A stretch of DNA of 64,000 nucleotides from Vicugna vicugna (lineage: Eukaryota), in contig MU058337.1 in the NCBI GenBank assembly GCA_013265495.1, positions 5,312,716-5,376,715 of the forward strand, written 5' to 3'. The notes under the pieces are model-generated. The model was not told the origin of the DNA. It did not search any database and saw nothing but the letters and a program-made list of their open reading frames with translations. The position numbers and the translations under genes were made by a program. Shown one piece after another: positions 1-15,000 of the stretch. Each line of letters begins with the position of its first letter. Positions within the stretch are counted from its first letter, which is position 1.

Positions 1-277
1 CAGGATTAGAGGCAGTGGCAGCAAAAATGAGTAGCTATGCTTTTGATACAGAATGAGATGGTAGTCACATAGACTGGAGATGAGGGGGAACAGTTTGAAA
101 GCAGTAGATTATGTTATTTGCTATATTGCAGTCAGGTTCACTTTATTTGAAGTAAGTCCAAAATGTTAATATGATACATCTATTTACTATCTGTAATTTA
201 TAGCTACATGTATCAGTTTCGCCTGTGTATTTGAATTTCCTTTCTGTTTCTCTTTGAGATATGAATATTTAAGTTTG

Positions 278-725
278 CTTTTTTTTTTCTTTTCTTGTGA
301 TGAGAGCTCTTAGGATTTACTTTCTTAACAACTTTCATATATAATGTACAGCAGTGTTAATTGTATTTATCACGTTGTACATGACATCCCTTGTACTTAC
401 TTATCTTATAACTGTAAGTTGGTACCTTCGGATTACCTTTGTCCGGTTCCCTCTTCCTACACCCCCTGCCTCTGCTAACCACAAATCTGATCTCTTTTTC
501 TATGAATTTCTTTGTTTGACCTACAACACTATGTTAGTTCCTGCTACACAACACAGTGATTCAGTATTTCTGTACATTTCAAAATGATCACCACAAGAGG
601 TCTAGTTATGATCTGCCACCATACAAAGATATCACATCATTATTGACTGTATTCCCCACACTGTGCATTTCATACTCGAACTCATCTATTTTATTTTATT
701 CATTTATTTTGCAGCTGTTAAAGTT
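278..725 (-). mobile_element. LINE-1 3' UTR fragment(s), L1MA-like
   Basis: Poly-T start followed by typical antisense L1 3' UTR text (ttcttgtgatgagagctcttaggatttact..., aaccacaaatctgatctctttttctatga). Confidence 0.75.
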
Positions 726-2559
726 GCTTTCTAAATGCCACAGATTAACCAATAGTTTTATTTAGGTTGATTTTGAAAATGCATATTAACTAATTTATTT
801 ATTAGATATATGACATAAAGAGTATTGAATTTATTTGTCATTTTAATAAAAAAATTGTAAAGCTTTTTCTTAAATTAAGAAACCCTTCTTTAAAATATTA
901 GGTAGAAAAACCATAGATCATCAGTGTCACAGAGTTAAAATGTGGATCTTGAATGCAAATACAAACTTAAGGTGATAGCTTATAACCTTTGTTAAGTTTT
1001 TTCTGGAAATGATGAATTTTAATCTGGCCTTTCAAGAAAATGAAGAAAATCAAAGTGGAGTGGACTGCAGCCTGCCAGATTCTTGTATAGGTGCTCCTAA
1101 ATCACTTATGAAGAAAGCTATTATGGGTATTGAAATTTTAGACTGGTGTTTTTTCCTGAGGGAAATTATATTTTAACCATTACTTTTGTGGTATTTTTCT
1201 CATTTGACTTTGGGTAGTACTGGCTGCAAGATACAGACTCAGCTCCCCGTGTGAGTCATAAATCAGGTTTATTAAACATAGATGAGAAATAACATCAGTG
1301 GTTAGTTTCACCACTCGTAGTGTTCTGTGCTTGGCACTGCCCCTCTGTTTTGCCGCAGGAGGATTAACAGTGAATCCACCTACACTGTCTAATGTTTCAG
1401 TTTTAATTCAGGATTTGCTTTACTTTAAAATTCCTCCCTAGGTTTTTTTCTATTATCATTCTATTATGTTTACAATTTGTCTCTTGTTACATCTGGTATT
1501 AAATATGGACATAAAATGTGATGAAAGGAAATTACTTTTATTCAGATCATAATAGGATGTAAATTGAACTTTGTTGATGCTGCAGCTAAAAATTGATTCA
1601 TCAGATTTAAAGGATGTTAAGCCATATTTCATGTGGCTGTATGTGATACCAGATAAAAGCTTTACAAATGGATAAAAAATAGAAAATTATTATGTATCTG
1701 TAACTATGATTTGTTACAGAATGTACATTTTTATTCCAATTGCAAAAAAAGACACAGTAATAACTAATCTGGAAAATATGTAACTGAGATTTATAATACT
1801 TTGTGGAAAAGCACCAAAGGGTTGTTTTCCCTGCATTAATCTTTATGTTTAGTGTTGCTACTGGAATTACTTATTGATTTTTATGAAAATACATAGGGGA
1901 GAAAAAACTAGGGTAATAGAATTCAACCAAAAGTGCTTACTTTAATCTGTGATAAATCTATACTTGCTCTCTGAAGGAATTCCTTTACCGTGGGACAAGG
2001 AAGACTTGACATATTTTTGTTAAATAGAAGGAAAAAAATTAAGAAGCTTCCATACAAGGACTAGTTACGATTGCCTTTGGCCAAATGCCAGAGTTTTATC
2101 CCTGGGTCCAGTCATCATAAATGTCCTCGGGTTACATGCAAGTATGCCTGAGGCTTCCCAAAGGAATTAAGTCTCAGGGTTTCAGTAGATTCTGACAGGG
2201 TCAGACTTACTTAAACTGAAATTAGATACGCACATATTATTCAGGATATTAGGAAGAAAGAGAGTGGAAAGAGAAATTGCAGACATGATTTTAAAAAGAG
2301 GTATCACTGTCTAGGATTTAGCAGATAGATGTTCAGAAGTTCTTAATCTTCCTAATATTAATTTCAGCAAATATTCAGATGCTTTCACCTTCCATCTAAG
2401 TGCAAATGAGCAAAGACAATTTAATGTAATCAGGAATTACCTAAACATAAAGCCATATGAAAGTTCTTAGGCAATTCCTACTCTCATGTGTCTAATAAGA
2501 AATAATCTGTATTTCTGCATGGAGTTATATTATTTCATTTAATAACTAGTGACTATAAA

Positions 2560-3700
2560 AAAAAAACTCAAAGTGACTTAAAGACTTAAACATAAGACAA
2601 GATACTGTAAACCTCCTAGAAGAAAACAGGCAAAACATTCTATGACATGAATCTTAGCAATGTTTTCCTAAGGAAGTCTACCAAGACAATAGAAATAAAA
2701 GCAAAAATAAACAAATGGGACCTAATTAAACTTATAATCTTTTGCACAGCGAAGGAAACTATAAACAAAAGGAAAAGGCAAACCACAGAATGGGAGAAAA
2801 TATTTGCAAACAAAGTGACTAACAAGGGCTTAGTTTCCACAATATACCAACAGCTCATACAACTCAATAACAAAGAAACAAAGAACCCAATAAAAAATGG
2901 GCAAAAACCTAAGCAAACATTTCTCCCATGAAGACATGTAGATGGCCAATAGGCACATGAAAAAAAAATGCTCAATATCATTAATTATCAGAGAAATGCA
3001 AATCAAAACTACAATGAGATGTCCCCTCACAGCAGTCAGAATGGCCATCATTAAAAAGTCCACAAACAATAAATGCTAGAGAAGGTGTTGGGAGAAAGGA
3101 GCCCTTGTACACTGCTGATGGGAATGTAGTTTGAGGTAGCCATTATGGAGATTCCTTAAAAAACTAGAAATAGAGTTTCCATATGATCCAACAATCCCAC
3201 TCCTGGACATATATCCTAAGAAAACTCTAATTCAAAAAGATACATGCACCCTAGTGTTCATAGCAGTGCTGTTTACAATAGCCAAGACACGGAAGCAACC
3301 TAAATCCATCAACAGATGACTAGATAAAGAAGACGTGGGATATATACACAATGAAAAAGAATAAAATAATGCCATTTGTAGCAACATGGATGGACCTAGA
3401 GATTGTCATACTAAGTGAGGTAAGCCAGAAAGAGAAAGAAAAATATCATGGTATCACTGATATGTGGAATTTTAAAAAATGACACAAATGAACTTATTTA
3501 CAAAACAGAAACAGATTTACAGACATAGAAAACAAACTTATAGTTACCCACAGGGAAGGCGGGGTGGAGGAATAAATTGGGAGTTTGGGATTTGCAGATA
3601 CAAACTACTGTATATAAAATAGATAAATAGCAAGGTCCTACTGTATAGCACAGGGACCTATGTTCAATATCTTGTAATAGTCTATAATGAAAAAGAATGC
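2560..3700 (+). mobile_element. 5'-truncated LINE-1: degenerate ORF2 C-terminus plus partial 3' UTR
   Basis: ORF 2647-2931 gives [13 protein letters not shown]...RQTTEWEKIFAN (L1 ORF2). Laurasiatherian-type 3' UTR (ctactgtatagcacagggacctatgttcaatatcttgtaata). Stops and frameshifts present. Confidence 0.93.
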
Positions 3701-3789
3701 AAATTCCATATTTAGAGTTTAAGGAGCTTTTACTCAGGGAAGGAGAGTCTAGATTTTATCACAAATCTAGATAAAAATAGAGATGAGCT

Positions 3790-4025
3790 GTGGTCTGAGG
3801 CCCTGCTTAACAGCCAGGCCCCACCTAACTTGTGAGTGAAGCCTTCTCAGACTCTGTGACCCCAGATAACCTGCTAGACCACAGCCGTGAGTGACCCAGA
3901 TGAGACCAGCAGAAGAATCACCTGTTTGACTCTAGCCCAGTTGCTTCCCACAGAATCATGACCCAGTGGTGGTTGTTTGAATCCACTATGTTTGGTGGTG
4001 GTTTGTACACAGCAACATATAATGG
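3790..4025 (+). mobile_element. MaLR (MLT1-type) LTR fragment
   Basis: MLT1-like 3' end: ccacagaatcatga...tggttgtttgaatccactatgtttggtggtggtttgtacacagcaacatataa. Confidence 0.7.
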
Positions 4026-4353
4026 GAAAACCCTCACTTTACCAAAGAGGAGGCTCAGGTCATGATGTAAAGTGACATACCTGAGCCCACGTGGCGTAGG
4101 GCAGGTCCAGGATTCAGCCTCAGGTCAGTCCAACTAAAACTTCATACTCTACACCACCTCACTCCACTACATTCGGTATCTTCCAAAAACAAAACGGATT
4201 GCGTGATCAGCACTTCTGAAAACAGAGGTAGTCTGGGAAAACTGTATTGTGCTTATTGAGACTTTTGAAATTAGGAATGTTCTGGAAGGCCTGGGATATG
4301 CAGTCGCCATCTCTGAGCGATGTTCAGGTGAGGATTGTTGATAGTCCTCTGAT

Positions 4354-4445
4354 GTTCATTCATTCACTCATTCACTCATTCATTCATTCAGCAAATATTT
4401 ATTGAGAACCTGCTATCCGTTAGGCACTGGCATGCATTAGGGGTG
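4354..4445 (-). mobile_element. LINE-2 3' end with (TTCA)n tail
   Basis: ttcattcattcactcattc...agcaaatatttattgagaacctgcta...ggcactg is the canonical antisense L2 terminus. Confidence 0.75.
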
Positions 4446-6624
4446 TGCTAACACAGAGACAGAGAGGGATGGCATTTTATGTTCATTTTTTTAAAAAAAT
4501 TCTCTCTTGCTTACAAGTTGATTTCCTTATTAAGGGCTGACTTGTTTTAGGCTCTGGAACCCCCAATTCTGTACTTAATTTTTGTGGTTATCCTCAGGAT
4601 AGAGCTGCGTTTAAAGAAATAAATTGCCAAACAGGATTTTCCATTGAGCTTTTTAAAAAGGAAACATGTAGGTCAAAATATAATCTAACTTATGTTAATT
4701 AGTAAGAAAAGATCATGTAGGCATCAGCAGAGTTTGGTCAGACACTCAAATTTCAAGCAAGTTTTAAAAACAAAGCTGTTTTCTTCTCTTAATCAGCTTA
4801 AAAGGAGTATTTTGTGCTCATTTTTTTTGTTGGTGATGAACTGACTCTGTACAATGAGGTCAGAATGAACAGAAATTGAGTTAAAATAATGGATGACACA
4901 TCTTACATCTTTTTAGAATCTTGCGTCCTGACCACACCACATTTTAACCGAAGGGGAGACACCTGGAGGGTGAGGGGTTCACTGGCTTGCAGCTGTCTGA
5001 GATTAGCCTGCAAAGGCTAAAGAGAAAAATCAGCCACAAGAAAGCAGCCAGCAGTGGCCTGGAAGATGAACAAAGGAAAAGGACAGCTGGTGGGGAAAAG
5101 CACATTTTGGCTGAGACCTTTACAGAGGGGTCGAGAGGGCCACTGGAAATGGGCCTGGGAGGAAAGTTTAAAGGCAGACAACCTGGGATCAGGGCAGCTG
5201 GCTGTTTTGAGCAAGGGACACGATTCAGGAGGACTCTTGAACTGTTGTGTTGTACAGTGACCACCAACCACGTTACTAAGGGAGGAGAAATGAGCATTTA
5301 TCCGGTACCTCCGTTATGCCAAGCACCGTAAGAGGTACTTTTTCACCCTAGTCGGCTAACCTAACATCCTGGGCAGCCCCTGCAGGTCAAGTGTAGCTGG
5401 GCAGGTGTTAGCGCCTGTAGTCATCTCTGTTTTGAGAGATTTCCTAAAATCAACCTACTTGTTCATTTCTCATCTGTAGTCTGTACTGTTTCATGGGAAA
5501 GATGCATGGCTTTGATCATATTCCAAATTGATCGTCCTGTACATATTTCAGCCTCCATGAAGCTGTGGACAGACAAGTGAAGGGGGGGAGGATTGCCAGG
5601 GAGCAGCCTGTTTAATCCCTTGAGCAAAAGGATAGCAAGTACAGTGGCAGTTGTCAAAAAACAAACAAACAAACAAACAAAAATATATATATAGCTGCTG
5701 GGGGACAAAATGTATTTAGAATGTATTTACTGCGTAACTTGGTAAAACATTTTAAAGTCTGATGTTACTGAGTTTTAGTGGTTCTTTTTTTTCCCTTTTA
5801 CAAGAGGGATGCCCACTAAAATGTTACTCACTGATACTATTTTTATTTACTTTTGTCAGAGTTGAATATTTGCTGTAAGGAAGAATGAATTCTGTTTTCA
5901 TTATCTACTCCCCTTTGAGCCTCGATTGAAATGTGCTATGAATATTCAAGTTATTTAAATTGATGGTGACCAAAAGTTATAGATTTATGACATATGTAAA
6001 GCCATTTTATCCCTGATAGTAAATACTGACCCTCTGGTTGCATAATTAAATACAATTATATTGATAACATGTATTTCCTGAATGTTAATATCTCATGAAA
6101 TTAAGAACAGGTTAAGTTTCACTGCCCTGGGTTTGCTGGGCGATGGGCACTTTGACAGACTCAGCGTGACACCATCCGTTCAGTGCAGACTTGTACCTCT
6201 GTATGGGGTGGGGGTGGGGGACTGTCTCAGCAAGTCTTTTATCACCAAAGCAAAATGGCAGTGCACAGAGTTAGGGATCTGGGAAAATACCATATTTTTA
6301 CCAAACACAAGTCTTCAGACAGTATACAGATGGATATCTACAAAGTCAGCATCCTAGCAAAAGGATTGCATGAGAATTCATGATATGTTATTTGCATGTT
6401 AGGAAATGTGACTGTTCTCCCCGTTTATCCCCCCTGAATTCATGGAGAGTCATGAGACCTATTTTTCCTTCTCAGCTAGATTCCATTATAAATGCTCTGT
6501 TTTTATAGATTGTGAATTCTAACTGATAATTAAACTGACTCGGTTGAGGCTGTAGGCAGAGGATAAGAGAGGATATGTGAGATTTCATAGTCTGCCCTTT
6601 GAATTAGACCAATATTTTTAGGAG

Positions 6625-6765
6625 CTATTTTTTTTGTTTGTTTTTAGTTTTTCCCTCAACTTTATTGAGAAATAATGGGCATATAACGTTTAAGTTTAAG
6701 GTTTACAGTGTAATGATTTGTTACACATATATGTTGCAAAATGATTACCACATAAGATTAGTTAT
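6625..6765 (-). mobile_element. Short LINE-1 3' end fragment
   Basis: T-rich tail then ctttattgagaaataatggg...aagtttaaggtttacagtgtaatgatttg...aaatgattaccaca. Confidence 0.65.
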
Positions 6766-7322
6766 GGGTGTTATTTTTTATTATTATTGACTCTAAAAAA
6801 CATGCACTAAGGAAATATAATCTTAAAAATAATTTTTAAAGATGAAATAATAATGAAGGCCTATAGAAATAGAATCCAAGAACACAATGTACTTTTCCTG
6901 ATTAGTAAAGTTGCATTGTGTTGTTCACATCAAGAATTGTTGAGGACAGATTGGTTGGTGATGTCAACAGATTATGCCATTAAATTTGTAATTGGCAAAT
7001 CTTGACAACACAGAGACATTTATTCTAGTTAAGACAAATGGCTGAGATCTGTAATTATAAGTTGTTTAAGGCTCATCATGAAGCCAAAGAAATTTGGCAA
7101 GTTCATTATTTATAATTCTCATGTACTGCCTGCTATCCCAAATTAATTATTCGTTGACTAATGTTTGGTATACTGACAGAATTAGAGGTAGGCTGTTTTA
7201 TGTTAAGTTAACATATATGAAATGAAATCATAATATTATTGAGTTGTAAGAAACTATTAATAAAGATGGTGAATCATGACTTATTTTGTTGGAATACATT
7301 TTTAGAATTTTTAAAGATGTAA

Positions 7323-7453
7323 GGGGTAGGGGATAGCTCAAATGGTAAAGTGCATGCTTAGCATGCATGAGGTCCTGGGTTCAATCCCCAGTACTTCTTC
7401 TAAAAAAAAATAAATAAGCCTGATTACCTTCCTCCCAGAAAGAAAAAAAAAAA
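7323..7453 (+). mobile_element. tRNA-Ala-derived SINE (camelid Vic-1-like)
   Basis: ggggtaggggatagctcaaatggtaaagtgcatgcttagcatgcatgaggtcctgggttcaatccccag carries Pol III A and B boxes and an AGC anticodon arm. It is followed by an A-rich stretch, cctgattacc, and a poly-A tail. Confidence 0.88.
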
Positions 7454-8579
7454 GGGTGTATCCAACAAAACAGGCTTATCTTTAAAAGTATGTATACTTA
7501 GAGATGCTTAACTAAGTTATTTTCAATAATTTTATAGCAGTTTAAACAAATGGTTTCTACAAAAATCATAAGTGATAGAAATTAGAGATGAAACTTAATG
7601 TATTAGATCATCAGTTCTATCCTTCTGCTAAGACATATTAGACTTCAAATAAAAGACACATCAAACATTAAACAGATGATTTCTTTGACAGTCTATTTAA
7701 AGATACTGAATTAATGGACTGAAAATATTTTTTAAATTACTGTTCTTTTGGGATGGTATAAAACAATACTTCCAAGTGAGGAATTTCATACTGATACTGA
7801 TGAAGTTATATACTGTCTAGCCCAGCGTTTGTAAGTGTATTACATACTGTAAGATGTGTGTTGTACATTGTCAGATAATCTATACTTTGTCATTTGTACA
7901 TTTTTATCACTTACCCTATGTTACTTTGCATAGTTATATTTGTGCATTGTCGATTGATTTGCATACTAGGAAGACTCAAAGTACATACTTATAAATCCAT
8001 TTTTGTGGATTCTATGTATTCTGCATGCAAGCATGCACTCATATACATCCAGGAACATACTGCATGAAACTAGAACCAGTTAATGGATAAAAAGGTAATG
8101 TCATTGAAAAGATAAATTCATTGGAAAAAATCCATTGAGTGTATAATTTGCCCTGATAGTGAATTGCAATGTATGAATAGATAACTGTATTTTTCCTATG
8201 TGTTTGACTTGTAAAGTGAAGGGCTTCCGTAACACTTTAGTAATAAAGGGTGTCTGCCTTACAATCCATATGTTTCTTGAATTAGAAAGTTCAGTGACTT
8301 AAGAAATAATTTTATTCTTCTAAAAAATTAAAACAGCCAAGTCTTTTTTGATGACTACATCTATCAAAAAAGTAGCCTCATCTCTAGTATCTCCAAGATA
8401 GCATTACTCTGGATTCAGTCTGTTTCCTTTGAGGCTTTAAATTCACCTGCATGTGTATATGCGTATGTATGCTTATATAAAATATATGTAGTGTTCCCAT
8501 ATTAGTCACCTAAATACTTATGCATCTACTTCATTTAGTTTAGCAGCTACGTAATTTTTAATTCTGTGACTGTGAAACA

Positions 8580-9030
8580 TTTTATTCAGTCGTTCTACAG
8601 TCGGTGGACATCATTTTCTTTTTGTGTGTAATTCCTAACAGTGGAGTGTTAAATTTTCTTGCATGAGTGTCTTTGTGCACAGTGTGAATAGTCAGAGGTA
8701 TTTGTAAATGCAAGTGTTGCACATGCACATTTTTACGCTCAGTAGATACTTCCAATTGCTCCTGTAAACTCCCACTAGCATTATGAGTACTAGATCTGTT
8801 TTCCATTCAGCATGTCAATATTTGATATTATCAAACTTTTAAATTTTAGCCAAATTGGTATGAAAAGGTATTTCTAGATCTTTTTAGTAACTAGCGAGGT
8901 TATAGTCAAGTTAGGCATCTTCTTGTACGTTTATTGGCTAGTCAGATTTTTTTTTCTTCTGTAAATTTCCTATTTATATACTTTGCCCATTTTTTTTCTT
9001 GGGTTGTTTGTCATATTCTTATATGTTTCA
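8580..9030 (-). mobile_element. Old LINE-1 ORF2 3' fragment (L1ME-like)
   Basis: Degenerate antisense L1 motifs (ttccaattgct...tcccactagca, ttgatattatcaaacttttaaattttagcc, ctttgcccattttt). Confidence 0.6.
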
Positions 9031-12000
9031 GGCTGTAGTATTTCAGAGTTAATGAAAGTGTATCTGCCAGAAGCCTAGAACTCCAAAATGTACAAGGGAA
9101 TGTTCTAAGCAGAAGCCATGTTCTGAGTAAGGACTTGGCTCATGGGAAGACAGAAGAGAGGGGAGTGTCATGGGTGAAGGACTTAGCACAGACGGGCAGC
9201 GCAGAGTCAGGAATGCCCTGGTCACAGCATGGGCACCTGGGAATGGTGTCAACTGTATCATGAAGGAGAAATGAACAGGACTGCTCTGTAGTCTAGCAAA
9301 TCTCATTCCCTTTTCTTCTAAATCTGGAAGTATTTCTAGAGTGGAAAAAAGCTACGTGACAAGGGACTGTATTAAGAGGGTCTTAGAATCTAATAAAAGG
9401 AGGAATAGATGTAGCAAGAGAGGCAGATTTGATAGCTGTCTCCATTCCAAGAACAAAAAATAAAAATGATCGTGGATAAGTTCATCGTGGGCAGCTGTCA
9501 GGAACAAGGATACATCTCTGAAAGCTGACAGCAGTCGGCAACAAAAAGCCTTTGAAACAGTTTCTAAGCACCTGAAAGACTGATAATGGGCCATTCCTTA
9601 CAATCAGTGTCTTAAAAGGCAGTAAACCGTCTAAAGGGATACAAAAGTGGAGCCTTTTTTCTCCCCCATCCTAATATTCTGCTATTAAAAAAACTTATGT
9701 GGCTCTGGAAATAATAGTACACAGCAAGAACTATACTTGGGGCATATTGAGCATCTCAAATATCTAAAAGCTACAAAGCCAGAAACCAAATGACTTCAGC
9801 ATGGAAAATGCTCCAGAATTTGTAATTTTACTTTGAAAAGAAATATGGGTGGAGGGAGCACGGAGAAAAAAAGCAACCTTAATCTAAAATCAAGCCTAAA
9901 AGGGCAACCAGTGGTTTTTCTCACATGTATTTTATTTAAGAATGTGGCAAATTCATAATTTCCTCACTTTTTATTAATTGTAGTGAGTTGCAATTTGAAG
10001 AAACTAAGAAAAGTCTTGTAAAATTCTTCACAGCAGAGAAGTGGTCGCACACATATACAAGACTTGTTTTGTTGTTGCAAGTTGAATACCTGAAGGTGGA
10101 TTAGTTACTGAATAACTGAGTGTACGCTGAGTACTAACAGGCAGAAGAGGGTGGAAAATAGAAGTGATGGGAAGCCCAGAAATCTACTCATCACACAAGA
10201 GTGAGACATAAGATAGGCAGAAACAACAGGAACCTGTACCTGTCATGAGGAGCGTAAAAAGAATTGGATTTAGAGATTATGCATTTGAGAGGATTTCAAA
10301 AGAAAAACACCTATTTACAAATCCACAAAATTTAGGGAATATAATAATTATTTTTAAACAATTCTAATTTTATCTTGATGTGTCTCCACAGCAGTGGACT
10401 CTAGACTTCATTTAGAATAAAATTATAATTTGATCTGTTTTCTGATATTACTGGAGCCCACATTTTAAAAGGCATCTAAATTCAGCCTTGTTTGTCATAC
10501 ATGCAAGAAAATCCTTTCCCTACACAACAGGTGGGTATTTTCAGATGAAATGAGTGCTGACGTGGCTATAGAATATACATGGCTGCTTGATTGGAAATGT
10601 TTTGTTTCTTATAAAGTAAAACACAGGCATTCTTGGAAAGTTTGAAAATGTGAAAGTGTGTGACCAAAAAAAAAAAAACATTTTGAGAACACGGTTTACA
10701 TATTGTCCAAAAATGAAATGAAATATGTTTCAGACCAATGGTTGAAAATGACTAAATCTCTCTGATGCTGACGGTATAAGCTTACTGAACATTTTACTGC
10801 TTAAAGCAGAACGTTTCATCCTCCAGAAGTGTAGCTGACTCTCGTCTGCAGGGTCGGTATGTCTGAGTCAGACCAGCCTGAAGACGATGGCTGGTCTGGC
10901 ACGAGATGACGCAGGGACCAGACTAGAGGGGCTGAGAAGGACAGGCAGGAGAGGCTGGAGGAGCTGAGAGATGCTCATGATGTGGTTCTCTGAATAGAGC
11001 AGAGTAGGACTGAAAAAGCCCAAATGCCAACAGAGAAAAGAATTTCTGAGCATTTCGTGTATCTGACTGTACCACTGGGTTCCCTCCACGTGCTTGCTAA
11101 GAGATGCCTCTGTCAGCTCTGCATTTCCCATTCGTGTTCCACTCGGGGTGCATTCTGTTTGCAGGTGCTTCCCCTCTAATTGTACCCAGTTCATGATCCC
11201 AAATCTAGACAACTCACAGCAACTTCCAACAAAACTTTACCCACAGTAGGGTGTTTCTTAGATTCTTAGGGGATTGTATTTCCTTTTCCTTTGGTCCAGG
11301 TTTATTGCGTTCGTAGGGTAGTCGAGGATCTCTGTCTTTGTGGGCCATTTGTCAGTTTTGATGAAGTCCTCTATGTGTGCAAACAATCTTGCCCTCTGCC
11401 AGAGTCAGTCCATAAATGCATTATGTTTAGTTGTGTCCACAAAGCTTTTTTAAAATGTAAATATAGTTTAGAGTTTGAAGGATCCCTTATTGGTGACTTG
11501 CTGAAAGGTGTAGTGTTTTTTCTTGAAGAGGCCTCTAGTCTGGACTTCCTTAATTGCACATAATTCTTGTCTCTTTGTCCTATTAATGATAAAGAGAACA
11601 TCAAGCACACAGATCTTGAATTTAATCACACTTTCTGCTCTAGAGCCAAGTCGTTGTAAAAAATTGATGTCAGGTGGATCCTTCTAACTAAGAATGCTAG
11701 GTGCTTCTTCACAGAGGTAGATTTCTCTAATCAGAAATATTATTTTTGGTGACAGTGGAAAATGCTAAATGCACTAGCTTCATTGTGTTCCAACAATGTC
11801 TGTGCTTGGGGATACTTAACTTTTCAAAAAGAGCATATGGAGCAATAGGATGATTGTCTTCTATTGTTGATACCAACATAATCTCATCTTGCTTTCATGT
11901 GCGATGCTGTCTGGGGATACAGTCTTTCACATCTGACATTTATCAGGCATAGACTGAGCTCTACATGCAGATCCTGGGATAGGAAGAGAGGTGGGGATGG

Positions 12001-15000
12001 AATAGAGCAGATTAAATAATTTACAATCTAGTTGGTACATAGATGTAAAAGGAACCTACTTTTCCCTCAGTTGTTGCTGGGTTATCTCAGAAGAATTGGC
12101 ATTTCAGTGGGTGTCCAAAAAGAGAGGTAGGGAATTTTTTAGCTTTTTAAAAAAATAGTAGGATAATTCATTTTTAAAATGAAAAGGCATTAGGCAATCT
12201 AAAATTACATCAAATATTTTATGTTTAATATTATAAAATTACTTCATTGCATCAATCAGTGAAGCAATTTTTATTGCAAGTCTGTTCTATGGTAATCTGC
12301 AGAATGATGTAATTTTAATATTAGGAAGGACTATAGTGGTTGCCTGGCCTCAACCTAAGAGGTCTTTAGAAAGGGAACACATAAACCAAATGTTGTTTGT
12401 TTTTTCTCTTGCAATATATGCAAGAAATTAAAACAAGAATTTTCCAGGGTACAGGTATAAAAGGGTATATTCTTCACAAGAAAGCATAGTGCTAACAGAT
12501 GGCTAAAATTTCCATCCAAGAAAAATTTAGCATTTGAACTTAAGGAAATGGAAAATTTTTTGCTGGACCTCATAATACTTTCAGTGCCTATTGAAAGTCA
12601 GGAAAGATGAATGTGGAAATAAGATGTTTCTTGAAAACGTGGCATAAATAGGTGATTTTGATAAGTCATCAAGATGTTTCGGTCCAATTGGATGGTAGGC
12701 AGTGCAGAGTTCTGTGTGGATGAAGAATAAGTCTAGAATCCTTGGGAGTCTCTCTGACCCAAGTGTCTCTCTCAGTGCTTCACATGAAAGCCCTGGGTAC
12801 TTTTTAAAGAGCTCTTGGAGGCAGTCTATGTAGTTCAGTGAGATTAAGGGTCATGTGAGTTTAGAGGGATAGTATGTATATAATTTGATCTGTTGACTCA
12901 GATAATACGATGAATTAGACCATTATCATCTACTGCTGTGTAGGAGAGGAAGGAGATGTGATATATAAGTTCTGATGGTAGGAACAGGGTTGGGTAGCAT
13001 TTTTACACTTTATAGAGTGCTTCCCTTTACATAACCTCATTATACACACAGTACAGACTAAACAAAGTTTAATTCATTCCTTTAATGAATGTCAGAGCTC
13101 AGCTGCAACCTGAGTATTGGGTGGCTCAGGTTATTTTCCACTCAGAACACACTGTATGACGTGGAAAGAAGGCAAAGAAGGTAATAAATCCTGTCCTGTC
13201 CATCAGTTATTTCAGGGGAGATACTGGGACTCAGAAGAGATCGGGAGCTTAAGTACAAAGGAGTCAAGTCTTAGCAACACTGAGTACCCACCTCTGCTGT
13301 AATTGTTAACTTTTCCCCTCTTAGAAAGAATCTGCACCTGACATTTCTGAGTATATGCATCCTACTCTTTGTGTTAATTACATTTAAGAGACATTATTGT
13401 TAGGTTAATTAATATTAGTGATTACTTGATATTAATCATTATTCTTGATTAACCATTATCCCTATAAATCAGTTTAAATGAGTAAATTAATTTTCTTAAT
13501 GGCTTTTTTTCAGAGATTATATGTTTATGGGATGGTATGCAAATTCTTATGAGGACAGTGTTCTTCTGTTGTATCTTAAATTAATATAGAATTTCCCCTT
13601 TAATTTCTACATAGAAACTTACTATGGAAAAGATGGTTCAATCAGCTGTGAATTCATCTAGCCCTACTATCATTTAGGAAGATCACTCCATGTTTTTCAA
13701 AGGATAAAAATATGAAATATCTTGTTGAAATTAAGTCCTGCCATATCTACTCTTCTAGTGATCCTATCATCAGTCAATCAATCAGTTAATACCTAAATAA
13801 AAGTTTTGAAAAGGAAAGTAAACCAGATTGGAACGGATGCCTTCCTATGAGCTTTGTGGGCTCTTGGTTTCCACTTTTTTTCCTAAAGGTCTGCAGAATG
13901 TCTCATCTTTCTTGGATTAATGAATATTTTATGTCATTGATGGTACAGTATTTCATTCTCAGAGTCAAAGCTACATTGGCATTTTGCTGGTTTAGTAATA
14001 GTTTTCATTGCTACCTGTTTTTCTCCAGAATTACATCTTACTTATTTACTGGTAATTTATCTGATGCCCACGAAGTAGTTCTCTTCAACTCATGACTAGG
14101 ATCCCTTTCCCCTTTTCTTTCCCATATTTCCCTAAATCTGCAACTCCCTACTAGCCCTCTTGATTGTGTCCAATCCAGTTAAATGATTATCTTCCTTGGG
14201 TATCATATCAACCATTCCCTTGTTTATCCTCATGCTCTGCATTGCCAACAATCATTATTTGTTAGAAAGTTTGCAAATGTCAACCTCTTTGAACCCTGGC
14301 CTTCTTGACATGTTATATACAAAGACCTGCCAACCTAATGTATTTATTGTTGGTGATATACCCAGCCTCGTACCTTTTGTACATGTTATTTTATGAGTAG
14401 GAGCTCCTCAAAGTCTCTAGGTAGGTAGCTTGGTCTCTTTAGAAATCTCTCCATCTCCTTGATGGGCTTATCTGTTTTCATATTGATTAAACATTACTCC
14501 TTAAGGCCTCTCCTAGCTTCCACCCACTGCCCTGTTCATTAGAAAAGCTTTGCTTCCCACTAGGAAGGCTCTTGCTTAGCTTTTCATTGGAGGCAATTTC
14601 TAGGAAGCATTACTTTTGCACCTCCTGGGGCTGTTCTCCACCCACCAGTGGGAAGAGTGAGTGACTAATAGATATACCCTTGGATGAGAACATAAGTACA
14701 GACCATCCAAGAGCTCTTACAGGCACGCCAGTGACACAGTTAAGGCAAAGTTCTGCTCACCTGCCTTTGTTCAGGACGCTGCTGCGCTTGGGTGTTCATG
14801 GAACTTAAACAAGGCGTCATGCCACATTAGTAGATCTTGACTGATGACATTTACTTTGCTCAGTACAATTTGTGACTTGTATTCAGTTGAAAAATCCTTC
14901 TGTGCATTTGTTCAAATAAAGAAAATAGAGAACCAAGTGATTCCTGGGTGTGTGTGGGTGATGGAAGAATAAGATGTGCCCTCGCCTAGCTACCCCGGGT

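Noticed and set aside
1236..1258. Inverted gactca/tgagtca pair (AP-1-like)
   Set aside because: Only one full 7-bp site, which is expected by chance in 64 kb.
4944..5331. Overlapping 114-117 aa ORFs on both strands
   Set aside because: No homology recognised. Stop-poor purine/GC-rich intronic sequence.
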